32,000 nt of DNA from NCBI RefSeq assembly GCF_000619845.1, contig NZ_JHUX01000003.1, positions 1,330,064-1,362,063 on the forward strand, given 5' to 3'. The position numbers were made by a program, and so were the translations under genes. Of the stretch, positions 1-8,530 are shown in pieces. The first letter of the stretch is position 1. Each line of letters begins with the position of its first letter. Below the pieces are notes generated by a model. The model did not search any database, had not been told where the DNA came from, and saw only the letters and a program-made list of their open reading frames with translations. The DNA comes from Alkanindiges illinoisensis DSM 15370 (GTDB lineage: Bacteria > Pseudomonadota > Gammaproteobacteria > Pseudomonadales > Moraxellaceae).

Positions 1-666
1 CATCGAGATATCAATATGCTGGCCCTGCCCGCTCTGGTTACGCTCAATCACGGCTGCCAATACACCAATTACTGCATGCAATGAACCACCTGCCACATCA
101 GCAACCTGAATGCCCAGCGCTGGTGGGCCACTGTCCTGCCGCCCGCTATGACCGGAAACGCCAGCCAGCGACATATAGTTAATGTCATGACCTGCACGAT
201 CCTTATAGGAACCGGTTTGGCCATAACCGGTAATGGAGCAATAAATCAGGCGTGGGTTAATGGCTTTTAAATCATCATAACCCAGTCCCAACCGTTGCAT
301 GACGCCAGGACGAAACTGCTCAACCACAATATCAAACTCGGCCAGCAGGCCTTTTATTTTTTCAATGTTTTCGGGGTTTTTAAGGTCAACTGCCAGTGAT
401 TTTTTATTACGGTTTAAATAGGCATGCGCTGTGGCCTGGCCATCCGCATACGGTGGCATCACACGCACCAGATCAACCCGTGTGGGTGATTCTACATGAA
501 TCACTTCAGCGCCCAGATCAGCCAGCATCAAGGTTGCAAATGGCCCCGGCAGCAAGGTTGAAAAATCCAGTACTTTCAAACCAGCCAGCGGTGTGCTTGA
601 ACCAGTTGATGGTGAAGGTGCTGATGAAGCAGATGGCGCATTGGATTGAGTCGTATTTTGTGTCAT
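1..666 (-). CDS. Family III CoA-transferase (CaiB/BaiF type), N-terminal ~222 aa. The 3' end lies beyond the window start.
   Basis: It is absent from the ORF track because it runs off the window edge. Hand translation of the minus strand from the ATG (complement of 664-666) gives MTQNTTQSNAPS...LAGLKVLDFSTLLPGPFATLMLADLGAEVIHVESP...LGYDDLKAINPRLIYCSITGYGQTGSYKDRAGHDINY..., open through base 1. The LKVLDxS..GP....LADLGAEVI.VE N-terminus and the GYGQ.G...R.GHD.NY segment are hallmarks of this family. Confidence 0.8.
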   Translation of the reverse strand, partial: MTQNTTQSNAPSASSAPSPSTGSSTPLAGLKVLDFSTLLPGPFATLMLADLGAEVIHVESPTRVDLVRVMPPYADGQATAHAYLNRNKKSLAVDLKNPENIEKIKGLLAEFDIVVEQFRPGVMQRLGLGYDDLKAINPRLIYCSITGYGQTGSYKDRAGHDINYMSLAGVSGHSGRQDSGPPALGIQVADVAGGSLHAVIGVLAAVIERNQSGQGQHIDISM

Positions 667-853
667 GGAATTTCCAGTTAAACGGCCAATACAATAATGG
701 CCAAAGTCGGTTTAAATCATCAGCGAGCCTAGAATGTGCCAAGGCCTGTGAGCAATGACGATAGTTGCCAGTTTGGCTGAGCAAACTTGTCAGTTCGTAT
801 TTTGTCCTGAAATGAACTCAAATTAATCAGCCAGATATGCTATGGTAAAGTAG

Positions 854-921
854 TGATATCAGTTCGTTATATCTGGATTTTTGCATTCTGGTTTTAGCCC
901 AAATGACATTGATTGATATCA
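854..921. promoter_or_regulatory. Two copies of the 8-bp palindrome TGATATCA (854-861 and 914-921), 60 bp apart, in the divergent CoA-transferase/AraC promoter region.
   Basis: Read directly from the sequence: agTGATATCAg and atTGATATCAc. No binding-site model is available, so any function is speculative. Confidence 0.25.
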
Positions 922-951
922 CATTTAGGCGTTTTATAGTTCCCGAGGTCG

Positions 952-1962
952 ATGATGAACCGTGACACCATTAGCATTCACTTTGTCAACGCAGCCCTGA
1001 CAGGCGTTCGCCGGATGGGTCTTGATGTCAATGCTTTATTGTCCCGTGTGGGAATTGAGCCAGAATTGCTCAGCCAGCCAAAGGCCCGTGTTTCGCCAGA
1101 CCAGTACACCCGTCTGGCGCAAACCCTGTGGCTGGTGACGCAGGATGAACACCTGGGGTTTGATGCCCAGCCACGTAGATTGGGCACGTTTTCTATCATG
1201 TGCCAGCTGATTATTCATGCCGGAACACTGGGTAAAGCACTGGATTTAAGCGCGCAATTTTACCGCCTGTTTGGTGATGACTGGGCCGTGAGCATTGAAC
1301 GCGACACCCATGAAGCCCGCATGGTAACTCAGATTCCCCCTGAACATGACCCGGATCATTTTATTACCGAAAGCATGCTGATGATCTGGCATGGTTTAGC
1401 CTCGTGGCTGATTGAACGGCGTATTCCACTGGAACGCGTGCAGTTTGCCTATCCGCAGCCCAATCATGTTGATGAATACGATGCACTATTTTTCTCACCG
1501 GTCATCAAGTTTGATGCACAGCGCACCGAAGTGACCTTTGCAGCGGATTATCTGGATTTGCCGATTCGCCAAACCGAAGCCAGCCTGCAGGAATTCTTAA
1601 AGAGTGCGCCTGCGCAGTTATTGGTCAAATTCAAGAATGCCAGCTCACTCACCTCGCGTATTCGTGAAGTGCTGAAAAGTCATATTGGCGAAGAAATGCC
1701 AACCCTGAATGAAGTGGCTTCCATGCTGTACCTGTCCCCGCAAACCCTGCGCCGTCGTCTTGCTGCCGAAGGTAAAAGCTATCAGGGTGTAAAAGACAAC
1801 CTGCGCCGTGACACTGCCATTCACCTGCTGCTCAAGCCAGAACTATCTTTAGAGGACGTGGCACAACAGGTGGGTTTTAGCGAAACCAGTACTTTTCACC
1901 GTGCCTTCAAGAAATGGACGGGTGTAACGCCGGGCCTGTATCGACAGCTTCATGCCAGCTAA
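952..1962 (+). CDS. AraC/XylS-family transcriptional regulator
   Basis: 336-aa ORF. The C-terminus carries the double helix-turn-helix typical of AraC/XylS (LNEVASMLYLSPQTLRRRLAAEGKSYQGVKDNLRRDTAIHLL ... VAQQVGFSETSTFHRAFKKWTGVTPGLYR). There is a long N-terminal effector-type domain. A GAGG lies 4-7 nt upstream of tandem ATGs at 952 and 955. Confidence 0.9.
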   Translation: MMNRDTISIHFVNAALTGVRRMGLDVNALLSRVGIEPELLSQPKARVSPDQYTRLAQTLWLVTQDEHLGFDAQPRRLGTFSIMCQLIIHAGTLGKALDLSAQFYRLFGDDWAVSIERDTHEARMVTQIPPEHDPDHFITESMLMIWHGLASWLIERRIPLERVQFAYPQPNHVDEYDALFFSPVIKFDAQRTEVTFAADYLDLPIRQTEASLQEFLKSAPAQLLVKFKNASSLTSRIREVLKSHIGEEMPTLNEVASMLYLSPQTLRRRLAAEGKSYQGVKDNLRRDTAIHLLLKPELSLEDVAQQVGFSETSTFHRAFKKWTGVTPGLYRQLHAS

Positions 1963-2662
1963 GCGGATGCGGAATAATAAACTGTTGCAAGTGGCCTGAG
2001 GCTGTTTGAAATAATGCCGGATCCATTGCATTGCCTAGCTTGCGCAAGCTTTTATAGGATAAAGCCGTGGTCATGTTCATGACCCCGTCCAGAGTTTTAT
2101 TGGCAATAAAGTTAAACTTCAGCAATTCCTTAGGCTCTTTTAACAGCTTGGTCACGCCCACATCAATAATTTCAATCAGGCATTCGATAGCATGTAGTGC
2201 ATTGTCCGCTTTCAGATCTTTTAAATCAGCCAGAGCATTAAGGGCTTTTTGCGCCAGCTTGTCAGGTATGGCATAAATCAGGCATGGAATGGCAGCACTA
2301 TTAATGGAGCACTCATTAATCAGTTGGTGATAATGCGCAATCACCGGCTTTAGGCGTTTGGCATCAAACCAACTGACAGCCCAGCCAAAATACTTGCGAA
2401 TAATGCCCTTGATTTCTTCAATATGGCTTAGGGACTCCTTGAAGCTGGCAATTTTTTCTTCAGCCATTTCCTTGACACTAGCAAATTGCTGCACCATGTC
2501 AGTAAAGATATAATCAATAATATGACAAGTGGCTTCACTCATTAAGCGCCCTGCTTTTTCAGCAATTGAGCTGTCGTGGGCCACCGATGAGGTATGCAAC
2601 TGTTCCAGCTCCTGCCGGATTAAATCATTGAGCGGTAAAGCAACGGCGTACTGGGTTTCCAT
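1907..2662 (-). CDS. Hypothetical protein, 251 aa, apparently all-helical and soluble
   Basis: The ORF is intact with an ATG at 2662. I see no signal peptide or hydrophobic TM segment. Heptad-like charged/hydrophobic patterning is present (EEKIASFKESLSHIEEIKGIIRKYF, KALNALADLKDLKADNALHAIECLIEIIDV). I do not recognise the family. It lies 69 nt downstream of the SDR gene on the same strand. Confidence 0.6.
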   Translation of the reverse strand: METQYAVALPLNDLIRQELEQLHTSSVAHDSSIAEKAGRLMSEATCHIIDYIFTDMVQQFASVKEMAEEKIASFKESLSHIEEIKGIIRKYFGWAVSWFDAKRLKPVIAHYHQLINECSINSAAIPCLIYAIPDKLAQKALNALADLKDLKADNALHAIECLIEIIDVGVTKLLKEPKELLKFNFIANKTLDGVMNMTTALSYKSLRKLGNAMDPALFQTASGHLQQFIIPHPLSWHEAVDTGPALHPSIS

Positions 2663-2731
2663 ATATAGTGCATCCTGTTTTTTAAATGTTGTACTTTCTG
2701 CCCAGTTGAATGTTACTGGCTTAGCGTTAAT

Positions 2732-3535
2732 TTAACGCACCTTGCTTTTACGGATCATCCTGTACATTAATGGCGGATATAGCCGTGACAGCCATACGCC
2801 GACCTTTTCCTTTAACCCACCAATCACGATATATTCACGTCCAGCCAGAAGTGCCTGTACTGCCTGCTCGGCAAATTCATTACTACTCATGGCATTGGCC
2901 TGCGCGTCATCCATGGTTCCCAGCTGATCACCATTGCCTTTTAAAGCTGCCACGGATACATTGGTTTTAACAAAACCAGGAAAAATCACCGACACCTGCA
3001 AGCCCTGATCGGCCAGCTCGGCACGCAAACTATTGGCCCACAAATGAATGGCACCTTTTGCTGCTGCATAACTGGCCCGATACTGGGTTCCCAGCAAACC
3101 GGCCACACTGGAAATAAATACCACATGCCCTGAACCCTGCTTGAGCATGCTCGGCAGCACCACGCGGGTTAAAGCAACTGGCGCGAAATAATCAATTTCC
3201 ATAATCTGGCGATCGGTATGATCCAGCGTGTCACAAATCAGTGCCCGCTGGCTAACGCCTGCATTGTTAATTAGGCAATCCAGTCGGCCTTTTTTCTGGA
3301 TTACTTCGCCATACGCTGTAGCCAGCGATGCATAATCCGTCACATCCAGTGGCAAAATCATGTGCTGTTCGGAATTTTCGAGTTGGCGTGCTACCCGCTT
3401 GAGCTCTTCTTCCCGCCGCGCGCTCAATACCACCTGCGCGCCCAGTTTGGCAAACTGCTTGGCCAGCGCTTCGCCAATGCCACTGGATGCACCAGTAATC
3501 CAAATCACCTGACCATTAAAATTTTCTTTAGGCAT
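2732..3535 (-). CDS. Short-chain dehydrogenase/reductase (classical SDR) family oxidoreductase
   Basis: It has the TGxxxGxG cofactor motif (VIWITGASSGIGEAL), NNAG, and the catalytic S...YxxxK (SSVAG...YAAAKGA). The ORF track starts at TTG 3550. I prefer the ATG at 3535 (MPKENFNG...). Confidence 0.9.
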   Translation of the reverse strand: MPKENFNGQVIWITGASSGIGEALAKQFAKLGAQVVLSARREEELKRVARQLENSEQHMILPLDVTDYASLATAYGEVIQKKGRLDCLINNAGVSQRALICDTLDHTDRQIMEIDYFAPVALTRVVLPSMLKQGSGHVVFISSVAGLLGTQYRASYAAAKGAIHLWANSLRAELADQGLQVSVIFPGFVKTNVSVAALKGNGDQLGTMDDAQANAMSSNEFAEQAVQALLAGREYIVIGGLKEKVGVWLSRLYPPLMYRMIRKSKVR

Positions 3536-3699
3536 TGCTAGATTTCCCAATCCGTTGGCTAAGGTTATGACAAAAGATCAATACCTTGTAAAGATCAAGA
3601 CGATGACTACACAGCTTGCACTACGTTTAATCGCAAAAAGCGCACAAAATCCGCTACAATAGTTGCAATTTTTTTCAAACGATTTTCGGATTTTTGTCG

Positions 3700-6654
3700 A
3701 TGACCAATACAGTTGACAACAGCGCAGCAGACAATACCGCTGACCAAAACCCAGCCAGCCAGCAAAATATTTCCACCACTTATGACCCAGCTGCCATTGA
3801 AGCACACTGGTATAACGTGTGGGAAAAACAGGGCTATTTTAAGCCGCAAGGTGGGGCCAAACCGTTTACCATCATGATTCCACCGCCCAATGTGACCGGT
3901 AGCCTGCACATGGGTCATGGCTTTAACAATGCGATTATGGACGCCATGATTCGCTATCACCGGATGCTGGGCGACAACACTTTATGGCAACCGGGCACCG
4001 ACCATGCCGGTATTGCTACGCAAATGGTGGTAGAACGCCAACTGGCCGCGCAAAACATTAGCCGCCATGATCTTGGCCGTGAAGACTTCATTAGACAAGT
4101 CTGGGAATGGAAGGAAAAATCCGGTGGCACCATTACCCAGCAAATTCGCCGTCTGGGTTCTTCGGTCGACTGGTCACGCGAACGCTTTACCATGGATGAA
4201 GGCCTGTCCAATGCGGTAAAAGAAGTATTTGTACGCCTGCACGAAGAAGGCCTGATTTATCGCGGCAAGCGTCTGGTGAACTGGGATCCAAAACTGCACA
4301 CTGCCTTGTCTGACCTTGAAGTTGAAAATAACGAAGAACAGGGTTCACTGTGGCACTTTAAGTATTTCTTTGAAAATAACAGCACCACAGCCAGTAATGG
4401 TGATAATTATCTGGTAGTAGCCACCACGCGTCCTGAAACTTTGCTGGGCGATACTGCCGTTGCTGTGCATCCAGACGATGAACGCTACAAGCACCTGATT
4501 GGACAAAACATTCGCCTGCCGATTACTGGCCGTTTAGTGCCGATCGTAGGCGATGACTATGTTGAAAAAGATTTTGGCACCGGTTGCGTAAAAATTACCC
4601 CGGCGCATGACTTTAATGACTATGAACTGGGCAAGCGCCATAACCTGCCGTTAATTAATATCTTTAATAAAAATGCAGAAATTCAGGCTGAGTTTGACTG
4701 GATTGAAAAAGCGGGCCAGCCAATCACCCAAACTCTTGCAGCACCAAGCGACTATGCCGGTGTGGAACGCTTTGCAGCACGCAAAAAACTGGTAGCACAG
4801 GCCGAAAGTGAGGGCTGGCTGGAAAAAATTGAGCCGTACACCCTCAAAGCACCGCGCGGTGACCGTTCCGGTGTGATTGTTGAACCGCTGCTAACCGACC
4901 AGTGGTACGTGAAAATTGCCCCGCTGGCCGAGCCTGCCATTGAAGCCGTTAAAAATGGCGACATCAAGTTTGTGCCTGAGCAATACAGCAACATGTATAT
5001 GGCCTGGATGAACAACATTCAGGACTGGTGTATTAGCCGCCAGTTGTGGTGGGGACATCGGATTCCCGCATGGTACGCGCAGGATGGTTCGGTTTATGTG
5101 GGTCGCAGTGAAGATGAAGTGCGCCAGAAATATAATCTGGGTAGCGATATCAGCCTGAATCAGGATGAAGATGTATTAGATACATGGTTCTCCTCTGCCC
5201 TGTGGACGTTCTCAACGCTGGACTGGACCGGCGATGCCGCCAAGGATGCGGAAAATTATTTCTTAAAAACGTTCCATTCTACCGATGTGCTGGTGACTGG
5301 CTTTGACATTATTTTCTTCTGGGTTGCCCGGATGATTATGATGACACTGCATTTTGTCAAAGATGAAAACGGTAAACCACAAGTGCCGTTTAAAACAGTA
5401 TATGTGCATGGGCTGGTGCGTGATGGCGAAGGCCAGAAAATGTCCAAATCCAAGGGCAACGTGCTTGATCCATTAGACCTGGTTGACGGTATTGATCTGG
5501 AAACCCTGATTGCCAAGCGTACCACCGGCCTGATGAATCCCAAGGATGCCGCCAAGATTGAGAAAGCCACCCGCAAGGAATTCCCGGATGGCATTAATGC
5601 TTATGGCACCGATGCGCTACGTTTTACTTTCTGTGCGCTGGCTAATACCGGACGTGACATCAAGTTTGACTTAAAACGTGTCGAAGGCTACCGTAACTTC
5701 TGCAACAAGATCTGGAATGCTACCCGTTTTGTATTGATGAATGTGGAAGGTAAAACTGTTGGTCAAGCACCACGCACTGACCTGTGGGAACTGCCGGAAC
5801 AGTGGATTGTCAGCCGCCTGCAAAAGGCTGAAGCTGCCGTGCATAAAGCCTTTGCAGATTATCGTCTGGATATGGTGGCACAAACCATGTACGACTTTAT
5901 CTGGAATGAATATTGCGACTGGTATGTAGAACTAACCAAGCCAGTATTGAACAGTGACGAGGTGAGTGAAGAACGCAAGGCCGAAGTGCGTCGTGTGCTG
6001 CTTGCTACGCTGGAAAGCAGCTTGCGTTTGCTGCATCCACTGATGCCATTCTTGACTGAAGAAATCTGGCAAACCGTTGCGCCCATGATTGGTAAAAAAG
6101 CTGTTGGTCGCGATGACGCTACCATTATGCTGGCACCTTTCCCGCAGCCGGAAGATGCCAAAATCAATGAACAGGCCGAAGCCGACATGCTGTGGTTACA
6201 AGGCCTGATTGGTGCGGTGCGTAATATTCGTGGTGAAATGGGCTTGGGTAACGCCCGCTCGCTGCCCGTGTTGCTGAAAAATGTGAGTAACAAGGAACGT
6301 GAGCAACTAAGCCGCATTGAACCATTGTTTAAGGCATTATCCAAAGTGGAAACAATTGAATTCCTGTCCAATGATCAGGAACCACCGCTGTCGTCCAGTA
6401 GTGTGGTTGGTCAGGTTTCCATTTTTGTACCCATGAAAGGCCTGATTGATCCGCAAGCTGAAATTGGCCGCTTGACCAAGAAAATTGAGAAGCTGCAAAA
6501 GCAGTTTGATGTACTCAATGGCAAACTGTCTAATCAGGGCTTTCTGTCCAAAGCGCCTGCCAATGTGGTGGAAGCTGAGAAAGCAGTGCTGGCGGATTTG
6601 GGTGAGCAATTGCAGAAGCTGAATAGTCAGAAAGCGCAGTTAGAGGCCTTATAG
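3700..6654 (+). CDS. valS: Valine--tRNA ligase
   Basis: Class I HIGH-type motif ([14 protein letters not shown]), KMSKS motif ([10 protein letters not shown]), an editing-domain-sized insertion, a C-terminal coiled coil, and ~985 aa length. The ORF track begins at TTG 3694, but the ATG at 3700 is more likely. Confidence 0.97.
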   Translation: MTNTVDNSAADNTADQNPASQQNISTTYDPAAIEAHWYNVWEKQGYFKPQGGAKPFTIMIPPPNVTGSLHMGHGFNNAIMDAMIRYHRMLGDNTLWQPGTDHAGIATQMVVERQLAAQNISRHDLGREDFIRQVWEWKEKSGGTITQQIRRLGSSVDWSRERFTMDEGLSNAVKEVFVRLHEEGLIYRGKRLVNWDPKLHTALSDLEVENNEEQGSLWHFKYFFENNSTTASNGDNYLVVATTRPETLLGDTAVAVHPDDERYKHLIGQNIRLPITGRLVPIVGDDYVEKDFGTGCVKITPAHDFNDYELGKRHNLPLINIFNKNAEIQAEFDWIEKAGQPITQTLAAPSDYAGVERFAARKKLVAQAESEGWLEKIEPYTLKAPRGDRSGVIVEPLLTDQWYVKIAPLAEPAIEAVKNGDIKFVPEQYSNMYMAWMNNIQDWCISRQLWWGHRIPAWYAQDGSVYVGRSEDEVRQKYNLGSDISLNQDEDVLDTWFSSALWTFSTLDWTGDAAKDAENYFLKTFHSTDVLVTGFDIIFFWVARMIMMTLHFVKDENGKPQVPFKTVYVHGLVRDGEGQKMSKSKGNVLDPLDLVDGIDLETLIAKRTTGLMNPKDAAKIEKATRKEFPDGINAYGTDALRFTFCALANTGRDIKFDLKRVEGYRNFCNKIWNATRFVLMNVEGKTVGQAPRTDLWELPEQWIVSRLQKAEAAVHKAFADYRLDMVAQTMYDFIWNEYCDWYVELTKPVLNSDEVSEERKAEVRRVLLATLESSLRLLHPLMPFLTEEIWQTVAPMIGKKAVGRDDATIMLAPFPQPEDAKINEQAEADMLWLQGLIGAVRNIRGEMGLGNARSLPVLLKNVSNKEREQLSRIEPLFKALSKVETIEFLSNDQEPPLSSSSVVGQVSIFVPMKGLIDPQAEIGRLTKKIEKLQKQFDVLNGKLSNQGFLSKAPANVVEAEKAVLADLGEQLQKLNSQKAQLEAL

Positions 6655-6677
6655 GTTAGAACCATTACACTGCTACT

Positions 6678-6707
6678 CATTGAGCCAGACTATGCTTTGG
6701 CTCAATG
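6678..6707. terminator. Hairpin between convergent valS and the 170-aa gene (10-bp perfect stem CATTGAGCCA / TGGCTCAATG, 10-nt loop)
   Basis: The stem is read directly from the sequence. There is no clear U-tract on either side, so it may be a transcript-stabilising or weak bidirectional terminator structure. Confidence 0.45.
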
Positions 6708-6722
6708 TATCATCAATTTAAA

Positions 6723-7235
6723 TTATTTCTTTAGGGTAACCCGCTTAATACGTTTTAACTGGCTGTTATCTAAAAGATAATAATTTGCAAAATATAAGTA
6801 TTTTCCGTCCTTCCCTTCAACCACTTCCTCTGTCACTAACAGACGACTATCCAAACGTGGTGACTCTATTTCTTCACCAACCCTTGGCCCATCTTCACCC
6901 TTATCATAATCAAATGCGCTATAGGCCTCAAATATTTTTGGCACGACCTGCCCAGTTCGTTTATTAACAATAACAGTATCATAACAGCCACTACTGCCAC
7001 ATCCCCATCCTGCGATGACATATTCACCTGCTAATACAGGTTTACTTTTCAGTGCTTCATTTAAACGAGTAGGAAAACTTTTGGCTATCTCATTATTTAA
7101 AACCAACTTTGCAGCAGAACCTTTATAATATTCAGTCACTGGATAATCTCTGTACTTTGGATTAGCACTTACCTGTCCAGACAAACACAAAAACATAGTT
7201 ATCAAGTAAAAGTGACTCTTTTTAAAACTTATCAT
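6723..7235 (-). CDS. Secreted/periplasmic hypothetical protein, 170 aa
   Basis: It has a signal-peptide-like N-terminus (MISFKKSHFYLITMFLCLSGQVSA|NP) and a Cys-rich motif GWGCGSSGC. GGGAAG lies 4 nt upstream of the ATG. The region is visibly more AT-rich than flanking valS. Family not recognised. Confidence 0.65.
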   Translation of the reverse strand: MISFKKSHFYLITMFLCLSGQVSANPKYRDYPVTEYYKGSAAKLVLNNEIAKSFPTRLNEALKSKPVLAGEYVIAGWGCGSSGCYDTVIVNKRTGQVVPKIFEAYSAFDYDKGEDGPRVGEEIESPRLDSRLLVTEEVVEGKDGKYLYFANYYLLDNSQLKRIKRVTLKK

Positions 7236-7267
7236 ATTTCTTCCCTATTCATAGTTGATATGACGAA

Positions 7268-7432
7268 TTAATGATGCGTTTTCCAGTGCCCACAACGCGG
7301 ACATCTTCTTTTGAATAATCCATAGTTCCAGCTTAGAAATGGTAGATAGACAAATAATAGCCAGAAAAATCTTGTAATACTGCTTGCTATTGATTGGGAA
7401 CATATTTTGCACCCGATGCATTTACTCGTCAT
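7268..7432 (-). CDS. Candidate small protein, 54 aa: CxxCxxC - hydrophobic segment - CxxC (below the ORF-track size cut-off)
   Basis: Hand translation gives MTSKCIGCKICSQSIASSITRFFWLLFVYLPFLSWNYGLFKRRCPRCGHWKTHH*. It ends 32 nt upstream of the 170-aa gene on the same strand. No convincing Shine-Dalgarno precedes its ATG, so coding status is uncertain. Confidence 0.3.
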   Translation of the reverse strand: MTSKCIGCKICSQSIASSITRFFWLLFVYLPFLSWNYGLFKRRCPRCGHWKTHH

Positions 7433-7455
7433 AGTCTTATAAAACCCAAATAAAT

Positions 7456-7486
7456 ATCCTAAAATGGGATTATTCTAAAACAGGAT
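7456..7486. promoter_or_regulatory. Two tandem 15-bp operator-like repeats with internal dyad symmetry, upstream of the XRE gene
   Basis: ATCCTAAAATGGGAT (7456-7470) and ATTCTAAAACAGGAT (7472-7486) match at 12 of 15 positions. Each has an ATyC(T)...(G)GGAT inverted arrangement. A possible -10 TAAAAT at 7460-7465 overlaps the first repeat. Confidence 0.35.
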
Positions 7487-7524
7487 AAAACTGTCAAGCC
7501 AAATGTAAGGCTTGGCAAAAAATC

Positions 7525-7764
7525 TTGAAGACCATCTATCAACAACGCTATCAAAAGCTTATAGATAATTTAATAACAGCCCGGAAACAGGCTAATTTAA
7601 CCCAATCCGAAATTGCCCAAAGATTAGGCAAGCCACAGTCTTATATTGCAAAAATTGAGGGAAAAGATAGAAAGCTGGATGTCCTAGAGTTTATTGAACT
7701 ATGTGAAGTGTTGCAGATCGAAGCATCAGTACTTATTAAAAAACTTGAGAAAATTTACCACTAA
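7525..7764 (+). CDS. XRE-family helix-turn-helix transcriptional regulator, 79 aa
   Basis: It has the HTH_3-type core [41 protein letters not shown]. The only in-frame start after the upstream stop (TAA 7486-7488) is TTG 7525, and it has a poor RBS. The stop TAA at 7762-7764 lies inside the downstream operator repeats. Confidence 0.75.
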   Translation: MKTIYQQRYQKLIDNLITARKQANLTQSEIAQRLGKPQSYIAKIEGKDRKLDVLEFIELCEVLQIEASVLIKKLEKIYH

Positions 7765-7790
7765 ATGTACAATCTAAATGTACATCTAAA
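7745..7790 (+). promoter_or_regulatory. Sigma70-type promoter (TTGAGA-N17-TACAAT) overlapped by tandem TGTACA-containing repeats; candidate autoregulated promoter/operator of phd-vapC
   Basis: -35 TTGAGA at 7745-7750 and -10 TACAAT at 7768-7773, with a 17-nt spacer. The direct repeats are CTAAATGTACAAT (7761-7773) and CTAAATGTACAT (7774-7785), followed by CTAAA. Each repeat carries the palindrome TGTACA (7766-7771 and 7779-7784). Confidence 0.55.
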
Positions 7791-7803
7791 AAAGGAACTA
7801 CCC

Positions 7804-8076
7804 ATGACCTCCATTCCTTTTACGCAAGCACGTGCTCACCTTGCCGATCTTATCGACCAGAGCAAGCAAGGTGAAAAAGTCTTTATTTCCCAACGCGGCC
7901 AGACTACCGCTGTTTTGATGTCTGTTCCAGAATATCAAAAACTAACAGGTCAGCCCTCAGATATTGCGGAGAGCCTTAACGCTTGGCGAGAAAGATTTAA
8001 AGATGAGTTAAACGATTCTGACGAAGACTTTATAGTTGAACGCGACCAATCTGAAGGACGGGATTTCTCTTGGTAA
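7804..8076 (+). CDS. Type II antitoxin, Phd/YefM family, 90 aa
   Basis: MTSIPFTQARAHLADLIDQSKQGEKVFISQRGQTTAVLMSVPEYQKL matches the Phd/YefM N-terminal fold pattern, and the tail is acidic. AGGA at 7793-7796 lies 7 nt before the ATG at 7804. The ORF track's ATG at 7765 would add 13 atypical residues. Confidence 0.85.
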   Translation: MTSIPFTQARAHLADLIDQSKQGEKVFISQRGQTTAVLMSVPEYQKLTGQPSDIAESLNAWRERFKDELNDSDEDFIVERDQSEGRDFSW

Positions 8077-8492
8077 GTCAGGTTAGCCTTTTATTAGACA
8101 CAAATATTATTTCAGAATTGGTCAAAGCTGAACCTCATCCTCATGTTCTACAGCAGTTTCAAGGTTATAAACAGGAAATTGCGATTCCAAGTCTGGTCTG
8201 GCACGAACTGCGCTTCGGCTGGTTAAGGATGCCTAACAGCAAACGTAAGCAGTCCATTGGCCTCTTTCTTCACGATGTAGTGAGCCTAGTTCCGATATTG
8301 CCGTATGACACGGCAGCAGCAAAAATTCATGCAGAAATTAGAGTAGAAGCACAGAGAATTGGCCAAACCCTGCCTTTTGCAGATGGCCAGATTGCAGCAA
8401 TTGCAATGTCACAGGGTTTAAGTCTGGTTACTCGTAATACCAAGGATTTTGAAACAATTTGTGGACTTCGGCTAATTAACTGGTTTGAATAA
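8070..8492 (+). CDS. vapC: Type II toxin, VapC (PIN-domain ribonuclease), 140 aa
   Basis: It has the LLDTNIISELVK N-terminus with a conserved Asp and Glu, and later acidic residues (FADGQIAA, TRNTKDF) as in the PIN catalytic quartet. The TTG start overlaps the antitoxin stop by 7 nt, which is typical TA coupling. Confidence 0.85.
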   Translation: MVSQVSLLLDTNIISELVKAEPHPHVLQQFQGYKQEIAIPSLVWHELRFGWLRMPNSKRKQSIGLFLHDVVSLVPILPYDTAAAKIHAEIRVEAQRIGQTLPFADGQIAAIAMSQGLSLVTRNTKDFETICGLRLINWFE

Positions 8493-8496
8493 GCTA

Positions 8497-8530
8497 TAAA
8501 AAAGCCGATTACTTTATAAAGCAACCGGCT
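8497..8530 (-). terminator. Probable rho-independent terminator of the outer-membrane protein gene
   Basis: On the minus strand the stem is AAGCCG...CGGCTT (8525-8530 pairs with 8501-8506), followed by a T-run (complement of the A-run 8497-8502). The 18-nt loop is large. Confidence 0.45.

Noticed and set aside
396-784. Track ORFs 396-758 (+, 120 aa) and 518-784 (-, 88 aa)
   Set aside because: Both lie over or antisense to the strongly supported family III CoA-transferase N-terminus (1-666, minus). Their sequences are low-complexity with no motifs.
7237-7524. Remnant of a HigB/RelE-type toxin gene upstream of the XRE gene (plus strand)
   Set aside because: The plus-strand frames are broken by many stops, with only fragments such as MMRFPVPTTRTSSFE*. 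Nothing resembles a toxin.
7765-7803. ATG at 7765 abutting the XRE stop (TAAATG) as the Phd start, which would imply translational coupling XRE->Phd
   Set aside because: The 13 extra residues (MYNLNVHLKKELP) precede the point where the Phd/YefM fold normally begins. The ATG at 7804 has an AGGA RBS, and the stretch is better explained as promoter/operator repeats. This is not fully excluded, and it matters for the tripartite hypothesis.
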